A DNA stretch of 64,000 bases, from assembly GCA_963822965.1 (NCBI GenBank), contig CAWGJT010000012.1, positions 192,001-256,000 of the forward strand, given 5' to 3'. Under the pieces are notes generated by a model. That model saw only the letters and a program-made list of their open reading frames with translations, was not told the origin of the DNA and did no database searches. Origin of the DNA: an uncultured delta proteobacterium (GTDB lineage Bacteria; Myxococcota_A; UBA9160; UBA4427). Shown here one piece after another: positions 63,485-64,000 of this stretch. The position numbers and the translations under genes are program-made. Every line of letters begins with the position of its first letter. Position 1 is the stretch's first letter.

Positions 63485-64000
63485 TCAGGATGCCGGCAGC
63501 AGCGTTCCGATCCGTCGCCCGAGCCGCAGGGGCGCGCCGGGCTCTTCGAGGTGGAGGTCGACCACGCCGGGGGCCGCCACCACCACGATCGTCGACCCGA
63601 AGGCAAAGCGCCCCCATTCCTCGCCGCACGCGAATCGGATCGCGGGGTCGTAGGTCCGGGAGACCGGCTTCGCGCCGCGCACGTTGGTCGCCAGCGAGTC
63701 GAAGGCCACGTGAACCGCACCCACCATCGTGGCGCCCACCGCCACCAGGCACAGCGGCGCCTCGCCCGGCCGGGTCTCCGCACCGCCGACGTGCATCCAC
63801 GCGCAGATCCGCTCGTTGCGCGCGAACAGCCCGTCCACGCCCTCGAGCCCGATCTGGTTCACCGGCCACAGGCTGCCCGGGAGATAGCGCGCCGCGACCA
63901 CCTGCACCGCGCAGGGTGCGTGGAAGCGGTGGTAGTCGCGGGGCGACAGGTAGAAGGTGGCGTAGCAGCCTCCTTCGAGGCGCTCTGCGTCCTCGGAGCT
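63485..64000 (-). CDS. psd: Phosphatidylserine decarboxylase, 5' end outside window
   Basis: TFYLSPRDYHRFHAP, LFARNER, VGATMVG, GRFAFGST self-cleavage motif. Confidence 0.92.
   Translation of the reverse strand, partial: SSEDAERLEGGCYATFYLSPRDYHRFHAPCAVQVVAARYLPGSLWPVNQIGLEGVDGLFARNERICAWMHVGGAETRPGEAPLCLVAVGATMVGAVHVAFDSLATNVRGAKPVSRTYDPAIRFACGEEWGRFAFGSTIVVVAAPGVVDLHLEEPGAPLRLGRRIGTLLPAS

Overview
A very GC-rich bacterial window; the gene content suggests a Myxococcota/deltaproteobacterial genome, but that is inference. Positions 1 to about 36,500 are the distal part of a large surface-glycan (EPS) locus. It holds heptose-pathway genes (hddC-like, gmhB), galE, an SGNH protein, about six glycosyltransferases, a Wzy-like polymerase, a Wzx flippase, a sulfotransferase, a CDP-sugar cassette (rfbF, PIG-L, epimerase, three C-methyltransferase-like genes) and a UbiA/DPPR-synthase-like gene. 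It also holds EpsI next to an exosortase-like protein that appears to lack its catalytic residues. Three secreted proteins sit in the locus: a beta-helix enzyme, a ~2,040-aa tandem lectin/Fn3 repeat protein, and a 122-aa single Fn3-like protein that looks circularly permuted. Positions ~36,500-64,000 are mostly lipid, steroid-type and central-metabolism genes (plsB, a sphingomyelinase-like gene, TetR-Rieske-amidohydrolase, an acyl-CoA dehydrogenase pair, epoxide hydrolase, a hybrid kinase, sucA, psd). Four single-base frameshifts are visible and may be assembly errors. No rRNA, tRNA, CRISPR array or transposase was recognised. The most novel hypothesis is an EPS-associated module in which C-terminal Fn3 'A-strand' tails polymerise a small Fn3 subunit or dock cargo onto it, encoded divergently from epsI and the pseudo-exosortase.
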